Shown in pieces: positions 20,725 to 30,104 of a DNA stretch of 64,000 bases (its first letter is position 1; each line of letters opens with the position of its first letter). Origin of the DNA: a bacterium. GTDB lineage: Bacteria > Patescibacteriota > Minisyncoccia > JBBINA01. The DNA is taken from the NCBI GenBank assembly GCA_037444125.1, contig JBBINA010000001.1, positions 13,961 to 77,960 of the forward strand, given 5' to 3'. The notes beneath the pieces were generated by a model. It was given only the letters and a program-made list of their open reading frames with translations, made no database searches and was not told where the DNA came from. The position numbers were made by a program, and so were the translations under genes.

Positions 20725-22026
20725 ATGAAGTTTATCTGCGATTTTGAGATTCATTCGCGGTATTCCCGTGCCTGTAGTAAAAATATTAGTCTTGAGGAAA
20801 TAGCTCGTTGGGCTCAGATTAAAGGCATTAAACTTGTTGGCACAGGTGATTTTACGCACCCTTTTTGGTTCAAAGAAATAAAAGAAAAATTGGAGGAAAA
20901 AGAGCGCGGTTTTTTTAGCTTAAAGGAGCAATATATAAAGCTAGCTAATAAAAATAAAGATATTCCCATCGCGATTAAAAAAGACGCTGTGCGGTTTTTA
21001 TTAAGCGCGGAAGTTAATTGTATTTATCATAAGAATCAAAAGTTGCGCAAGGTTCATCATATTATTCTTGCGCCTGATCTTGCAACAGTAGAGAAAATAA
21101 ACGAGTCGTTATCTTGGTATGGCAAATTGGCTAGCGATGGACGACCAATAATTACCCTTAGCTCAAAAGAGCTTTTGAAGAAGCTTTTGGATATAAATGT
21201 CCAGATCTTACTTATCCCGGCGCATTGTTGGACGCCTTGGTTTGGTATTTTTGGTTCGAAGTCCGGTTATGATTCGCTTGAAGAATGCTTTGACGAGTTG
21301 ACTAAATATGTTTATGCGATTGAAACAGGTCTTTCTTCTGACCCTGAGATGAATTGGCGCATTCCTTGGCTTAAGGATGTAGCTATTTTATCAAGCTCTG
21401 ATGCTCATTCTTGCCCAAAGATAGGCCGTGAGGCAACTTGTTTTGATACTGAATTTAGTTATAATGGATTATACGAAGCTATTAAAACAAATAGTTCCTC
21501 AAAAATCGCCTATACGATTGAATTTTTTCCCGAAGAAGGTAAGTATCATTATGATGGACATCGTCATTGCAATATTTCATTGTCTCCCCTAGAAAGTGAA
21601 AAATATGGTGGTATTTGTCCTCATTGCAGTTTACCGTTTACTTTGGGCGTGCTGAATCGTGTGTATAAATTAGGTAAACAGGGGATAATTGAAAAGCCAA
21701 TGAATAGACCGCCATTTTATAAAATAGTTCCGTTAGAAGAAGTACTCTCTGAGGTGTTTGGTTTGCCAGTCGGCTCGAAGACTTTACGGATTAAATATTT
21801 TGAAACTGTGGGGGCGTTGGGTGAAGAATTTAAGATATTACTAGAACTTGATTTTCATGAGATTCAGCAACTAAATGAAAGATTGGCTGAAGCTGTAACT
21901 AAAATAAGAAAGGGTGAAATCGTTATTAAACCAGGCTATGATGGCGTTTTTGGAGTAGTGAGAGTGTTTCCTGAAAGTCAATATGTTGCTGAAGAGGAAA
22001 ATATTTTTCAGGAGCCACTTCTTTAA
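20725..22026 (+). CDS. endonuclease Q-like PHP-domain nuclease with C-terminal zinc ribbon (TIGR00375-like)
   Basis: N-term DFEIHSRYSRACSK...LVGTGDFTHPFW, central HHIIL...PAHCWTPW...SSSDAHS and CPHCSLPF zinc ribbon match the archaeal EndoQ pattern. Confidence 0.7.
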   Translation: MKFICDFEIHSRYSRACSKNISLEEIARWAQIKGIKLVGTGDFTHPFWFKEIKEKLEEKERGFFSLKEQYIKLANKNKDIPIAIKKDAVRFLLSAEVNCIYHKNQKLRKVHHIILAPDLATVEKINESLSWYGKLASDGRPIITLSSKELLKKLLDINVQILLIPAHCWTPWFGIFGSKSGYDSLEECFDELTKYVYAIETGLSSDPEMNWRIPWLKDVAILSSSDAHSCPKIGREATCFDTEFSYNGLYEAIKTNSSSKIAYTIEFFPEEGKYHYDGHRHCNISLSPLESEKYGGICPHCSLPFTLGVLNRVYKLGKQGIIEKPMNRPPFYKIVPLEEVLSEVFGLPVGSKTLRIKYFETVGALGEEFKILLELDFHEIQQLNERLAEAVTKIRKGEIVIKPGYDGVFGVVRVFPESQYVAEEENIFQEPLL

Positions 22027-22038
22027 TGTTTTGAGAAA

Positions 22039-22410
22039 ATGGATGCCAAAAATTTTCAAGTTTCTCAATTTCTTTTAGATGAAATTAGACATAGTTTGAT
22101 CGATTTTTTTACTGATTGGTTTTTGGCTTATCCTAAAAAAATCCTAAAAGGACTTATTTTGAATTTCAAAGAGTTTGATAAATCTTTAGGCTTACAAGCA
22201 ATGGCTAAAAATTGGCTTAATCCTTTGTATCAAGATTACAATATTTGGGGTTATATTATTGGCGTTACAATTAGGACAGTTTATATTTTTATTGGCGGGG
22301 CTAGTTTCTTTGCTATTTATGTTATTGTTGGCTTTTTAATTTTAGCTTTATGGTACGCTTTCCCAATTCTAATATTTATTTTATTTTTTAGAAATCTTTT
22401 TGGGATCTAA
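22039..22410 (+). CDS. hypothetical small membrane protein
   Basis: 123 aa, soluble N-term plus 2 C-terminal TM; 12 nt after the EndoQ-like gene and 2 nt before the Clp-like gene. Confidence 0.45.
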   Translation: MDAKNFQVSQFLLDEIRHSLIDFFTDWFLAYPKKILKGLILNFKEFDKSLGLQAMAKNWLNPLYQDYNIWGYIIGVTIRTVYIFIGGASFFAIYVIVGFLILALWYAFPILIFILFFRNLFGI

Positions 22411-22412
22411 TT

Positions 22413-25049
22413 ATGGATAAAAAGCAATTAGAGAATCTTTATTTTGAAGATTTTTTTACAACACTTTCTTCGGCAGAAAGAAGCACTTTACAGATGTTGG
22501 CGCGGTTTTTTTGGTATTGTGTTTTTGGACTTGGATTTATTTTCTTTATTATCGGATTAAATCAAAGTTTATTTTCGCCCAGACTCCTTGTGTCCCTATT
22601 TTTTGAACGCTCATTTTACTACGCCCTATTTTGGTTAGGCCTTTTTTTGTTGTTGTATTTTTTTCATCACTTCTATAAGAGTCGAAAACCTCGTCTTAAT
22701 TTACGAGAAATTGATCTTGTTTCTGAACTTAAATATAGGAAAATAAATAGCGCTTACTTTTTGGAGCCAGAGACAAAAAATTTTATTATTAATGTATTTG
22801 AGAGGAGCAAAAAAGAACTAATCAAAATTGATTTTAGTTTATTTGAGGCTCTTTTAGAAACTAAGTTTTTTGAGAATGTGCTTGATCATTTGGAAACTAG
22901 TTTAGAAAAAATTAAAAACCGTTATCAAACAGCGCGTAACGAGATTAAAAGATATAAAAATAGCAACGAGCTCTTAATTGATTTTGACGATTTAATAAGA
23001 GAGGCGGTTAATAATGCTTTGGTTTTTGATGACGAGGCTGTTGATTTGACTCATTTAATGGTTGCAATTTTAAAGCGGGAGAATAAATTCTTTAGCGATA
23101 TTTTTTTAGGCGAGAATATTGATTTTGACGATGTTAAGCACGTTTTGTTTTATAAAAAGCTACGGCATAAATATTTATATCTGATTCATAAGTCAAAACC
23201 GCGCCGTATTGAGCATAAGTATATGGATTTGGCTATGACAGCAAAGCCAACTTATTATTTAGATCAATTCTCTCATGACCTAACTGACTTGGCGCGTTAT
23301 GGCATTATTGGCTTTGTGATTGGCCATAAAGACGAAACCGAAGAGTTGATTAATATTTTGAATCTCGATGTTAAAAATAATGCAATGTTGATTGGACCTA
23401 CGGGTATTGGTAAAACAACTATTATTGAAAATTTAGCTTGGCGCGTGTTTCGCGGTACAGTGCCGCCAAAACTGCGTGATAAACGTGTAGTTGCTTTGGA
23501 TACTGGTTCTATTTTAAGTGGCTTAAAGACGCCCGGTGAGTTGCAAGAAAGATTAAGCAAAATCCGTGATGAAATTTTAAATGCCAAAAATTTGATTTTA
23601 GTGATTCCCGATCTTCACGATTTAATGAAGGCTACTTCTATGCAGGCAATTTCTTTGTCTTCTTTCTTTAGCTCTGTTTTTCAGATGACAGATTTCCCAT
23701 TATTGGCGACTACAGATGAGAAGAATTATCATCTTTATATTGAGCCGGACACTGAAATAATTAATGCTTTTAATCAGATTAAAATTAGGGAAATTTCTCC
23801 TGAGGAAGCTTTGTATCTTCTTATGATTGAATCTTTTAAGATTGAAGCTAAGAAAAATGTAGTGATAAGTTATTATGCTTTAAAGGAGACAGTTGAGATT
23901 GCTGTGAAATATATTCATAATCAACCCTTGCCTGGTAAAGCGACCTTATTGCTTTATGATGGTGTGGAAAATGTTTTAGCGCAAGGTAAAAGATTAGTGA
24001 CCAAGGAAAACCTGCGTGAAACTTTTACTAAAAGGACAGGTATACCTATTACCCAGACAAAGGGAGAGGAGAAAAGAATACTGTTGGAACTTGAGCAAAT
24101 TTTACATCAACGTATGGTTGATCAAGAACAGGCCGTTAAGGTTATTGCTGAAGCCTTACGAGAAGCGCGAACCGGCCTTGGTCATGAAAAGGGTCCTATT
24201 GGGACTTTTCTTTTTGTTGGTCCTACAGGCGTTGGAAAAACAGAAATGGCCAAAACTTTAGCTAGTTATTATTTTAAAGGCGAAGATAAAATGCTTCGTT
24301 TTGATATGTCGGAATATCAAACAAATGACGCTATTTATCGATTGATTGGTTATCGTGGTCAAGGCGGGTTTTTAACAGAGGCAGTTAAACAAAACCCATT
24401 TTCATTGGTGCTGTTGGATGAATTTGAAAAAGCCAATCGGGACGTTTTGAATCTTTTTTTGCAAGTTTTTGATGACGGTCGTCTTACTGATGAGCTTGGT
24501 AATGTGGTTGATTTTACTAACACTATTATTATTTGCACTTCTAATGCCCATTCGGTTTTGATTAAGGAGGAATTAGAAAAAGGACGAAATATTCAAGAGT
24601 TAAGAGATATTATGAAACAACGGCTTACTGATTATTTTAAACCAGAACTAATTAATCGATTTGATGAGATTGTGGTTTTTAAGCCATTGAGTTCTGACGA
24701 TATAAGAAAAATTGCCTTACTACAGATTGGGAGACTTTTTTGGCAATTGGAGAATGATAAGGGTTTTAAATTTAAAATAAGCGAACGAGCGCTTAATAGG
24801 ATAGCTCGAGTTGGTTTTGATCCGGTTTATGGGGCTCGTCCGTTAAGACAGGCTATTCGTAAGAAAATAAAAAATTTAATTTCTCTTTTAATTTTACAAG
24901 ATAGGCTTGAGCGAGGTAAACATTATTTGCTTGATTATGAGGAAAATAAAGACTTTTTCGTCATTGACGAAAATCTTAGAACTACTTTAAAATTGGAGGC
25001 GCAGGAGAGAATAAAATCTGCTAAAGAGGAAATAAAGGGTGGCAAATAA
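22413..25049 (+). CDS. ClpC/ClpB-family double AAA+ ATPase with N-terminal transmembrane segments
   Basis: 2-3 N-terminal TM helices, Clp_N-like repeat, D1 Walker A LIGPTGIGKTT, D2 FLFVGPTGVGKTE, LLDEFEKA, sensor/ClpB_D2-small. Confidence 0.85.
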   Translation: MDKKQLENLYFEDFFTTLSSAERSTLQMLARFFWYCVFGLGFIFFIIGLNQSLFSPRLLVSLFFERSFYYALFWLGLFLLLYFFHHFYKSRKPRLNLREIDLVSELKYRKINSAYFLEPETKNFIINVFERSKKELIKIDFSLFEALLETKFFENVLDHLETSLEKIKNRYQTARNEIKRYKNSNELLIDFDDLIREAVNNALVFDDEAVDLTHLMVAILKRENKFFSDIFLGENIDFDDVKHVLFYKKLRHKYLYLIHKSKPRRIEHKYMDLAMTAKPTYYLDQFSHDLTDLARYGIIGFVIGHKDETEELINILNLDVKNNAMLIGPTGIGKTTIIENLAWRVFRGTVPPKLRDKRVVALDTGSILSGLKTPGELQERLSKIRDEILNAKNLILVIPDLHDLMKATSMQAISLSSFFSSVFQMTDFPLLATTDEKNYHLYIEPDTEIINAFNQIKIREISPEEALYLLMIESFKIEAKKNVVISYYALKETVEIAVKYIHNQPLPGKATLLLYDGVENVLAQGKRLVTKENLRETFTKRTGIPITQTKGEEKRILLELEQILHQRMVDQEQAVKVIAEALREARTGLGHEKGPIGTFLFVGPTGVGKTEMAKTLASYYFKGEDKMLRFDMSEYQTNDAIYRLIGYRGQGGFLTEAVKQNPFSLVLLDEFEKANRDVLNLFLQVFDDGRLTDELGNVVDFTNTIIICTSNAHSVLIKEELEKGRNIQELRDIMKQRLTDYFKPELINRFDEIVVFKPLSSDDIRKIALLQIGRLFWQLENDKGFKFKISERALNRIARVGFDPVYGARPLRQAIRKKIKNLISLLILQDRLERGKHYLLDYEENKDFFVIDENLRTTLKLEAQERIKSAKEEIKGGK

Positions 25050-25110
25050 TCTTTTGTCGTAATTATCATAGACCTTTTTTTTGGAATTTGTAAACGTTAG
25101 ATGTTTTCAT

Positions 25111-25138
25111 TTGACTTACTGCATTAATTTTTTATAAT
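25111..25138 (+). promoter_or_regulatory. near-consensus sigma70-type promoter TTGACT-16-TATAAT
   Basis: seen directly; about 350 nt upstream of the next CDS (25489). Confidence 0.5.
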
Positions 25139-25367
25139 ATAGTTTTCTCTGATATTGCGAGCTATAAGCAAACTTTAGTTGACGATGACAAAGCAATTTC
25201 AGAGAAAATTCTTCTTTTGGTGTTGTGAAAAGGAGCAAAACATTTTTGTTGATAGTGTTCTAACAACCTAAAGAAGTTCTTTTGTAACCCCGTGGTCTAA
25301 GTCATAAGACTTTTGACCAGAATGTTGTGAATGACCGTGAAACTTCTGTTGAGGTAGCTAGACAACT

Positions 25368-25410
25368 CCTTGTTTTTTTATATTATTTTTGGAGGTTCGA
25401 TCTCCAAAAA
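25368..25410. repeat. short repeated hairpin element copy R1 (CCTTGTTT...TTTTTGGAGGTTCGATCTCCAAAAA)
   Basis: 8-bp stem TTTTGGAG/CTCCAAAA with 7-nt loop; a related copy at 34043-34098. Confidence 0.4.
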
Positions 25411-25488
25411 TGCGGTGTTATAAATTTAAGTCCTTGACAAATTTTATTTTAGCTTATATAATTAATAAGTAAATTTTGATTTTATTTA

Positions 25489-26340
25489 ATGATTAATAAT
25501 AAAGAAAAAAATCCCAACAAACGAGACTATGAAATACCTGGCGATTTACCTTTGGTTAATGAAGAAGAGGATAATGAAGTTGTAAAAGATAAAACTGAAG
25601 AAACGGTTGATAACGACAAAGTAGATCAAATGCAAGAAAAAGATACATCCATAGAGAGGTTAATCAAAGATGAAGAAATAGCCAAACAAGCTGCTGATTT
25701 TATGCGGCGTACTAGCGAAGACTCCACTGAGATGAGAAGTGCCATGGGTAGCATTAAAGATGTGTTAAAGCTGTTTCTTCCATTGGTTGCTGTTTTCCTG
25801 TTTTTAATACTTATCCTTGTATTTTTGATTTATCGAGTTAATAAAGCTATTTTGAATAACCTAGATTTTTTGCGCCGTGAAGATTTGGGTCAACGCAGTG
25901 GTGTTATTATTGATAAAAGTAATGGTTCAATAGAAGTTGCTATTTTTGATCCAGTGACTAGCGATAAAAAAAAACTAAGGTTTGAGTTGGATAACTTTTC
26001 TGAATTTTCCGAGGTTAATCTTAATTTCTGTTATGTTTGGAAAGAGCATAAGGAAGAGATGGCTCGGATTATGCCTAAACGTCCTTGGTATCCGACGCTT
26101 TTATTATATGTTTTACAGTGGACTTCGATGTCGCCTTCCCTTTATCCGCCGTTTCCATGTGACCGTCAAGAGATTGCTGATCGAGGGATGATTTTTGAAG
26201 ACAAAATAGGTCTTGGCGAATTAAGGAAAAACGACTATGTGATTATAAAGGCTAAGCGTAAAGGGGATAAGTTAAGTATAGCTAAAGTTTGGAAGATTGA
26301 GCCTACATTTTTAATGCCACTTTTGACTAATAAGCAATAA
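25489..26340 (+). CDS. hypothetical protein (acidic N-term, one TM, C-terminal domain)
   Basis: 283 aa ORF, no recognisable motifs. Confidence 0.5.
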   Translation: MINNKEKNPNKRDYEIPGDLPLVNEEEDNEVVKDKTEETVDNDKVDQMQEKDTSIERLIKDEEIAKQAADFMRRTSEDSTEMRSAMGSIKDVLKLFLPLVAVFLFLILILVFLIYRVNKAILNNLDFLRREDLGQRSGVIIDKSNGSIEVAIFDPVTSDKKKLRFELDNFSEFSEVNLNFCYVWKEHKEEMARIMPKRPWYPTLLLYVLQWTSMSPSLYPPFPCDRQEIADRGMIFEDKIGLGELRKNDYVIIKAKRKGDKLSIAKVWKIEPTFLMPLLTNKQ

Positions 26341-26473
26341 AATTAAAATTTTCTTCAAACCGTTATATTTCATTTTGTGCTTGACTTTTGATATATATCT
26401 ATATACACTGGTTTAAGGTTTTTTCTTAGAAAACCAAGGTCGTATTAATTTATCAAGATAAAAATATTTATAG

Positions 26474-26788
26474 ATGAACGTTAAGAATAAAGATGTAGAT
26501 ACTCCTCAGCAGTCAATAGTGAAGGGCGAGTGGAAATGTGCGCAGTGTGAAGGCACAATCAGCGAACTTCCTTTTCAACCTCGGGAAGGATCCAAGGTAT
26601 ACTGCAAAAATTGTTGGCAGGATAGGCGAAGTTTTACTCCTAAGAGGTTTAAAAGCGGACCGCGTCAAACATTTCAGGGGGAATGGAAATGTTCAGATTG
26701 CGGCGCTGCTATTAGCGAACTTCCATTCCAGCCAGCCGAAGACCGTCCAATTTATTGTCGCGATTGCTGGTTAAAAAAAAGAGGCTAA
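26474..26788 (+). CDS. tandem-duplicated CxxC...CxxCW zinc-ribbon protein
   Basis: two ~45-aa repeats GEWKC(A/S)xC..(T/A)ISELPFQP....YC(K/R)(N/D)CW; the underlying DNA repeats are ~65% identical. Confidence 0.6.
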   Translation: MNVKNKDVDTPQQSIVKGEWKCAQCEGTISELPFQPREGSKVYCKNCWQDRRSFTPKRFKSGPRQTFQGEWKCSDCGAAISELPFQPAEDRPIYCRDCWLKKRG

Positions 26789-26813
26789 ACTACATTAAAT
26801 TAAATACAGAAGC

Positions 26814-26846
26814 AAAAAGTGTGTAGTTAAAACTACGCACTTTTTG
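26814..26846. terminator. bidirectional rho-independent terminator between convergent genes
   Basis: A-tract, 10-bp stem GTGTGTAGTT/AACTACGCAC, T-tract. Confidence 0.65.
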
Positions 26847-26891
26847 TTTAGGTTTTTTATGTATTTGGATTCCAGCTTATTTTTAAAAAAA

Positions 26892-29800
26892 TCATTTGGA
26901 AAGTTCTTCTAAATCTTCGGCAATAATTTTAATTTGGTTTTCAAATCTTTCCACTTTGCCTTTAATGATTAAAACATTTTCTTCGCGGAGGCACATATGT
27001 TTTAGCTCGTAGAGGTTGGGAAAAACGATACATTCTGCAGAGCCGGTGAGATCTTCAATACGGCAAAAAGCCATTCGTTTGTTGTTACGCGTCAAGACTT
27101 TTTTTAAATTAGTTATAAGCGCTACTGTTTTGACGGTTTTCAGGTTCGATTGGCGGATTTTCTTTAAACTGTAGCCTAGCGAGAGTTTGTGTTGAAAACT
27201 TTTTAAAGGATGGCCTGAAATATACAATCCTAAAAATTCTTTTTCCCATCGTAGTTTATCGTTTTCATAAGTGTCTTGGTCAGGAAATTTTTCTAGTTTT
27301 AAATTTAATGATTGTTGTTCGTCGAATAGCGTTTCTTGCATACCGATAGTTTCTTTTTCACGGTTCATTTTAAGAAGATAGTCAATATTATATAAAAGCT
27401 GTAGCCTGTTTTCGCCTAATTGGTCAAAGCATCCCGATTTAATCAGGGCTTCAAAACTTTTCTTGTTGAGATCTTTGTGTTTAACCCGCTGAATGAAGTC
27501 AGCCAAGTTTTTAAAATTTCCATTGGCGTTTCTTGTTTCGACAATGCTTTTGGCTAAATTTTCGCCAACATTACGTATGGCTCCTAGGCCAAATCTTATT
27601 TGGAGAACATCACCTTTTTCAATAGGTGTGAAATTTTCATCGCTTTCATTGATATCAGGCGGTAGTACTTCAATATTTAGACGTTTTGTTTCATCAAGAA
27701 GTTGGGCAATTCTTTCTATTTTATAGCCTTCATTAATTAAAAGGGCGCAGATAAAATAAAGTGGGAAGCTAGCTTTAAGGTAAGCAGTGCGATAGGCAAT
27801 AACAGCGTAGCAAGCCGCGTGAGATCTGTTGAAGCCATAGCGCGCGAATGGTATAAACCAGTTCCAGATGCGTTTAGCCACTTGTTCTTTTATTCCATTT
27901 TTTACCATACCTGTAACTAGTTTTTCGCCTTCTTCAATTAGTAGGGATTTTATTTTTTTACCAACGGCTCTTCTTAATTTGTCTGCTTGAGAATAGCTGA
28001 AGCCGGCAAGTTGACGAGCTATCTCTATAAGTTGTTCCTGATAAACGGCAATACCGTAAGTTTTATTTAAGATTGGTTCAAGGCCGGGGTGAAGATATTC
28101 AATTTTTTCGAGTTTGTTTTTGCGATTGATGTAATGTTCAACTTGCCCCGCGTCGAGAGGTCCTGGCCTATAGAGTGATATCATAGCAATAATGTCTTCA
28201 AGTTCTGTGGGTTTAAGTTCAGATAAATATCGGCGCATGCCATCAGATTCAAGTTGAAATACGCCGACAGTAGAGCCATCTTGGAGAATTTCGAAAGTCT
28301 TTTTATCAGTATAGTCATCTTTTTCAATATCAAGGTTAATATTTTTATATTTTTTGATTAAACTTAAGGTATCTTCGATGATGGTTAGATTTCTCAGGCC
28401 AAGAAAGTCCATTTTGAGCAAGCCTATTTCTTCAATCGCTTTCATATCGTATTGGCTAATGATTGTGTTATTTTTGTCTTTTGAATCAGTTGTAGCGTAT
28501 TGTAGTGGTAAATAATTATGTAGCGCCTTATCTGCCATTACGACTCCACAGGCATGTTTTGAAACGTGACGCGCAACTCCTTCAAGATCTATAGCGATGT
28601 CAATTAGTTCGCGAACTTTAGGATCAGAGGTATATTGTTTGCGTAGCTCGGGTATTTCTAATGAAGCTTTTTTTAAAGGATAGTTAGTTGGGATGAGTTT
28701 TGAAATTGAATCACAGAATGAATATGGCAGTCCCAAGATGCGTCCAACGTCTCTTACGGCCTGCTTTGATTTTATTTTTCCGAAAGTAATAATTTGAGCC
28801 ACATTATTTTGTCCATATTTTTGACGAGCATATTCAATTACTTCATCACGGCGTCTATCAGCAAAGTCAATATCAATATCAGGAAAGGTAATTCTTTCTG
28901 GATCTAGGAATCTTTCAAACATAAGGCCATATTTTAAGGGATCAATGTCGGTGATATTTAAGGCATAAGAGACAAGACTGCCGGCTGCCGATCCGCGACC
29001 CGGCCCTACCACGATTCGGTTTTGCTTGGCGTAATTAACGAAATCTTGGACAATCAGCAAGTAAGAGGAGAAACCAGTTTGTTGGATGACTTTAAGTTCA
29101 TAATCGAGACGTTTTTTGATAGTTTGTTTTTGTGTTTTAGTGAGTTGATCGAAATTAAATCGTTTTTTAATGCCAGCATTAGCTAATTTTTTTAAGTAGC
29201 TAAAATCAGTTTCGCCGGGAGGAACTTTAAAAATTGGCATTATTTTTTTCTTTGCCTCAAGGTCAAGATGAATTGAGTCTTTGATAATAGAGGTATTAAC
29301 AAGAGATTCTTCCGGCAGATCGAGCAAATTAATATACTGCATCATTTTTGCTTCATCAGGAAAGGAGAAATCTTCTTTTTTCATAGAAAGCCTTTCTTCT
29401 GGATCGCTTTCATTGGTTTGAATTGCGATTAAAACATCTTGTGCTGTTTTATGGGTTGATTTAATATAATGACTATCATAAGTTAGAACCAGCGGAATTT
29501 TTAAAGATTTGGAAAAATCGATAAGTGCTTTATTGACAATTTGTTGTTCGGGGATATTTGGATGAGGTTGAAGTTCAAGATAAAAATTATTTTTACCGAA
29601 TATGCCATACATTTTATCAATTAACTTTTTAGCTTCATTTATTTTACCAGCCAGTATTGTTTTTGATATTTGGCTATTAAGACATCCTGAAAAACATATA
29701 AGGCCTTCAGAATGTTTAGTTAGAAGTTCAAGGTCGATTCTTGGTTTATAATAAAAGCCTTCCAGCCATGATTTTGTAACTAATTGAATTAAATTATGAT

Positions 29801-30101
29801 AGCCAACAAGATTTTTGGCTAGAATTGTAAGATGGTATCTTTTTTGATCAACTTTGGGAATTTTGCTCGTATAAGAACCCGCCGCCACATAAAATTCGCA
29901 GCCGATGATTGGTTTTATGCCCTTTTCTTTGCAAGCTTTATAAAACTCGATGGCTCCGTATAAGTTGCCATGATCTGTTAGGGCAACGGCGTCCATACCA
30001 AAATCAACGCATCTGTCGATAATATCTTCAATCCGCGAAAGTCCATCAAGGAGGGAATAATTGGAGTGAGTATGAAGATGTATAAAACGAGATTTAGCCA
30101 T
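26892..30101 (-). CDS. dnaE: DNA polymerase III alpha subunit
   Basis: 1069 aa; PHP domain N-term HLHTHSNYSLLDG, polymerase core, OB fold. Confidence 0.97.
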   Translation of the reverse strand: MAKSRFIHLHTHSNYSLLDGLSRIEDIIDRCVDFGMDAVALTDHGNLYGAIEFYKACKEKGIKPIIGCEFYVAAGSYTSKIPKVDQKRYHLTILAKNLVGYHNLIQLVTKSWLEGFYYKPRIDLELLTKHSEGLICFSGCLNSQISKTILAGKINEAKKLIDKMYGIFGKNNFYLELQPHPNIPEQQIVNKALIDFSKSLKIPLVLTYDSHYIKSTHKTAQDVLIAIQTNESDPEERLSMKKEDFSFPDEAKMMQYINLLDLPEESLVNTSIIKDSIHLDLEAKKKIMPIFKVPPGETDFSYLKKLANAGIKKRFNFDQLTKTQKQTIKKRLDYELKVIQQTGFSSYLLIVQDFVNYAKQNRIVVGPGRGSAAGSLVSYALNITDIDPLKYGLMFERFLDPERITFPDIDIDFADRRRDEVIEYARQKYGQNNVAQIITFGKIKSKQAVRDVGRILGLPYSFCDSISKLIPTNYPLKKASLEIPELRKQYTSDPKVRELIDIAIDLEGVARHVSKHACGVVMADKALHNYLPLQYATTDSKDKNNTIISQYDMKAIEEIGLLKMDFLGLRNLTIIEDTLSLIKKYKNINLDIEKDDYTDKKTFEILQDGSTVGVFQLESDGMRRYLSELKPTELEDIIAMISLYRPGPLDAGQVEHYINRKNKLEKIEYLHPGLEPILNKTYGIAVYQEQLIEIARQLAGFSYSQADKLRRAVGKKIKSLLIEEGEKLVTGMVKNGIKEQVAKRIWNWFIPFARYGFNRSHAACYAVIAYRTAYLKASFPLYFICALLINEGYKIERIAQLLDETKRLNIEVLPPDINESDENFTPIEKGDVLQIRFGLGAIRNVGENLAKSIVETRNANGNFKNLADFIQRVKHKDLNKKSFEALIKSGCFDQLGENRLQLLYNIDYLLKMNREKETIGMQETLFDEQQSLNLKLEKFPDQDTYENDKLRWEKEFLGLYISGHPLKSFQHKLSLGYSLKKIRQSNLKTVKTVALITNLKKVLTRNNKRMAFCRIEDLTGSAECIVFPNLYELKHMCLREENVLIIKGKVERFENQIKIIAEDLEELSK

Positions 30102-30104
30102 TTT

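Noticed and set aside
25386-25410. tmRNA or tRNA 3' end (T-arm-like GGAGGTTCGATCTCC)
   Set aside because: No acceptor stem, no CCA, no tag-peptide reading frame and no upstream tRNA-like structure; loop GTTCGAT is non-canonical. Kept only as a repeated hairpin motif
26381-26409. Promoter TTGACT...TATACA upstream of the zinc-ribbon gene
   Set aside because: Spacer/-10 register ambiguous in an AT-rich stretch; not confident enough to list as a feature
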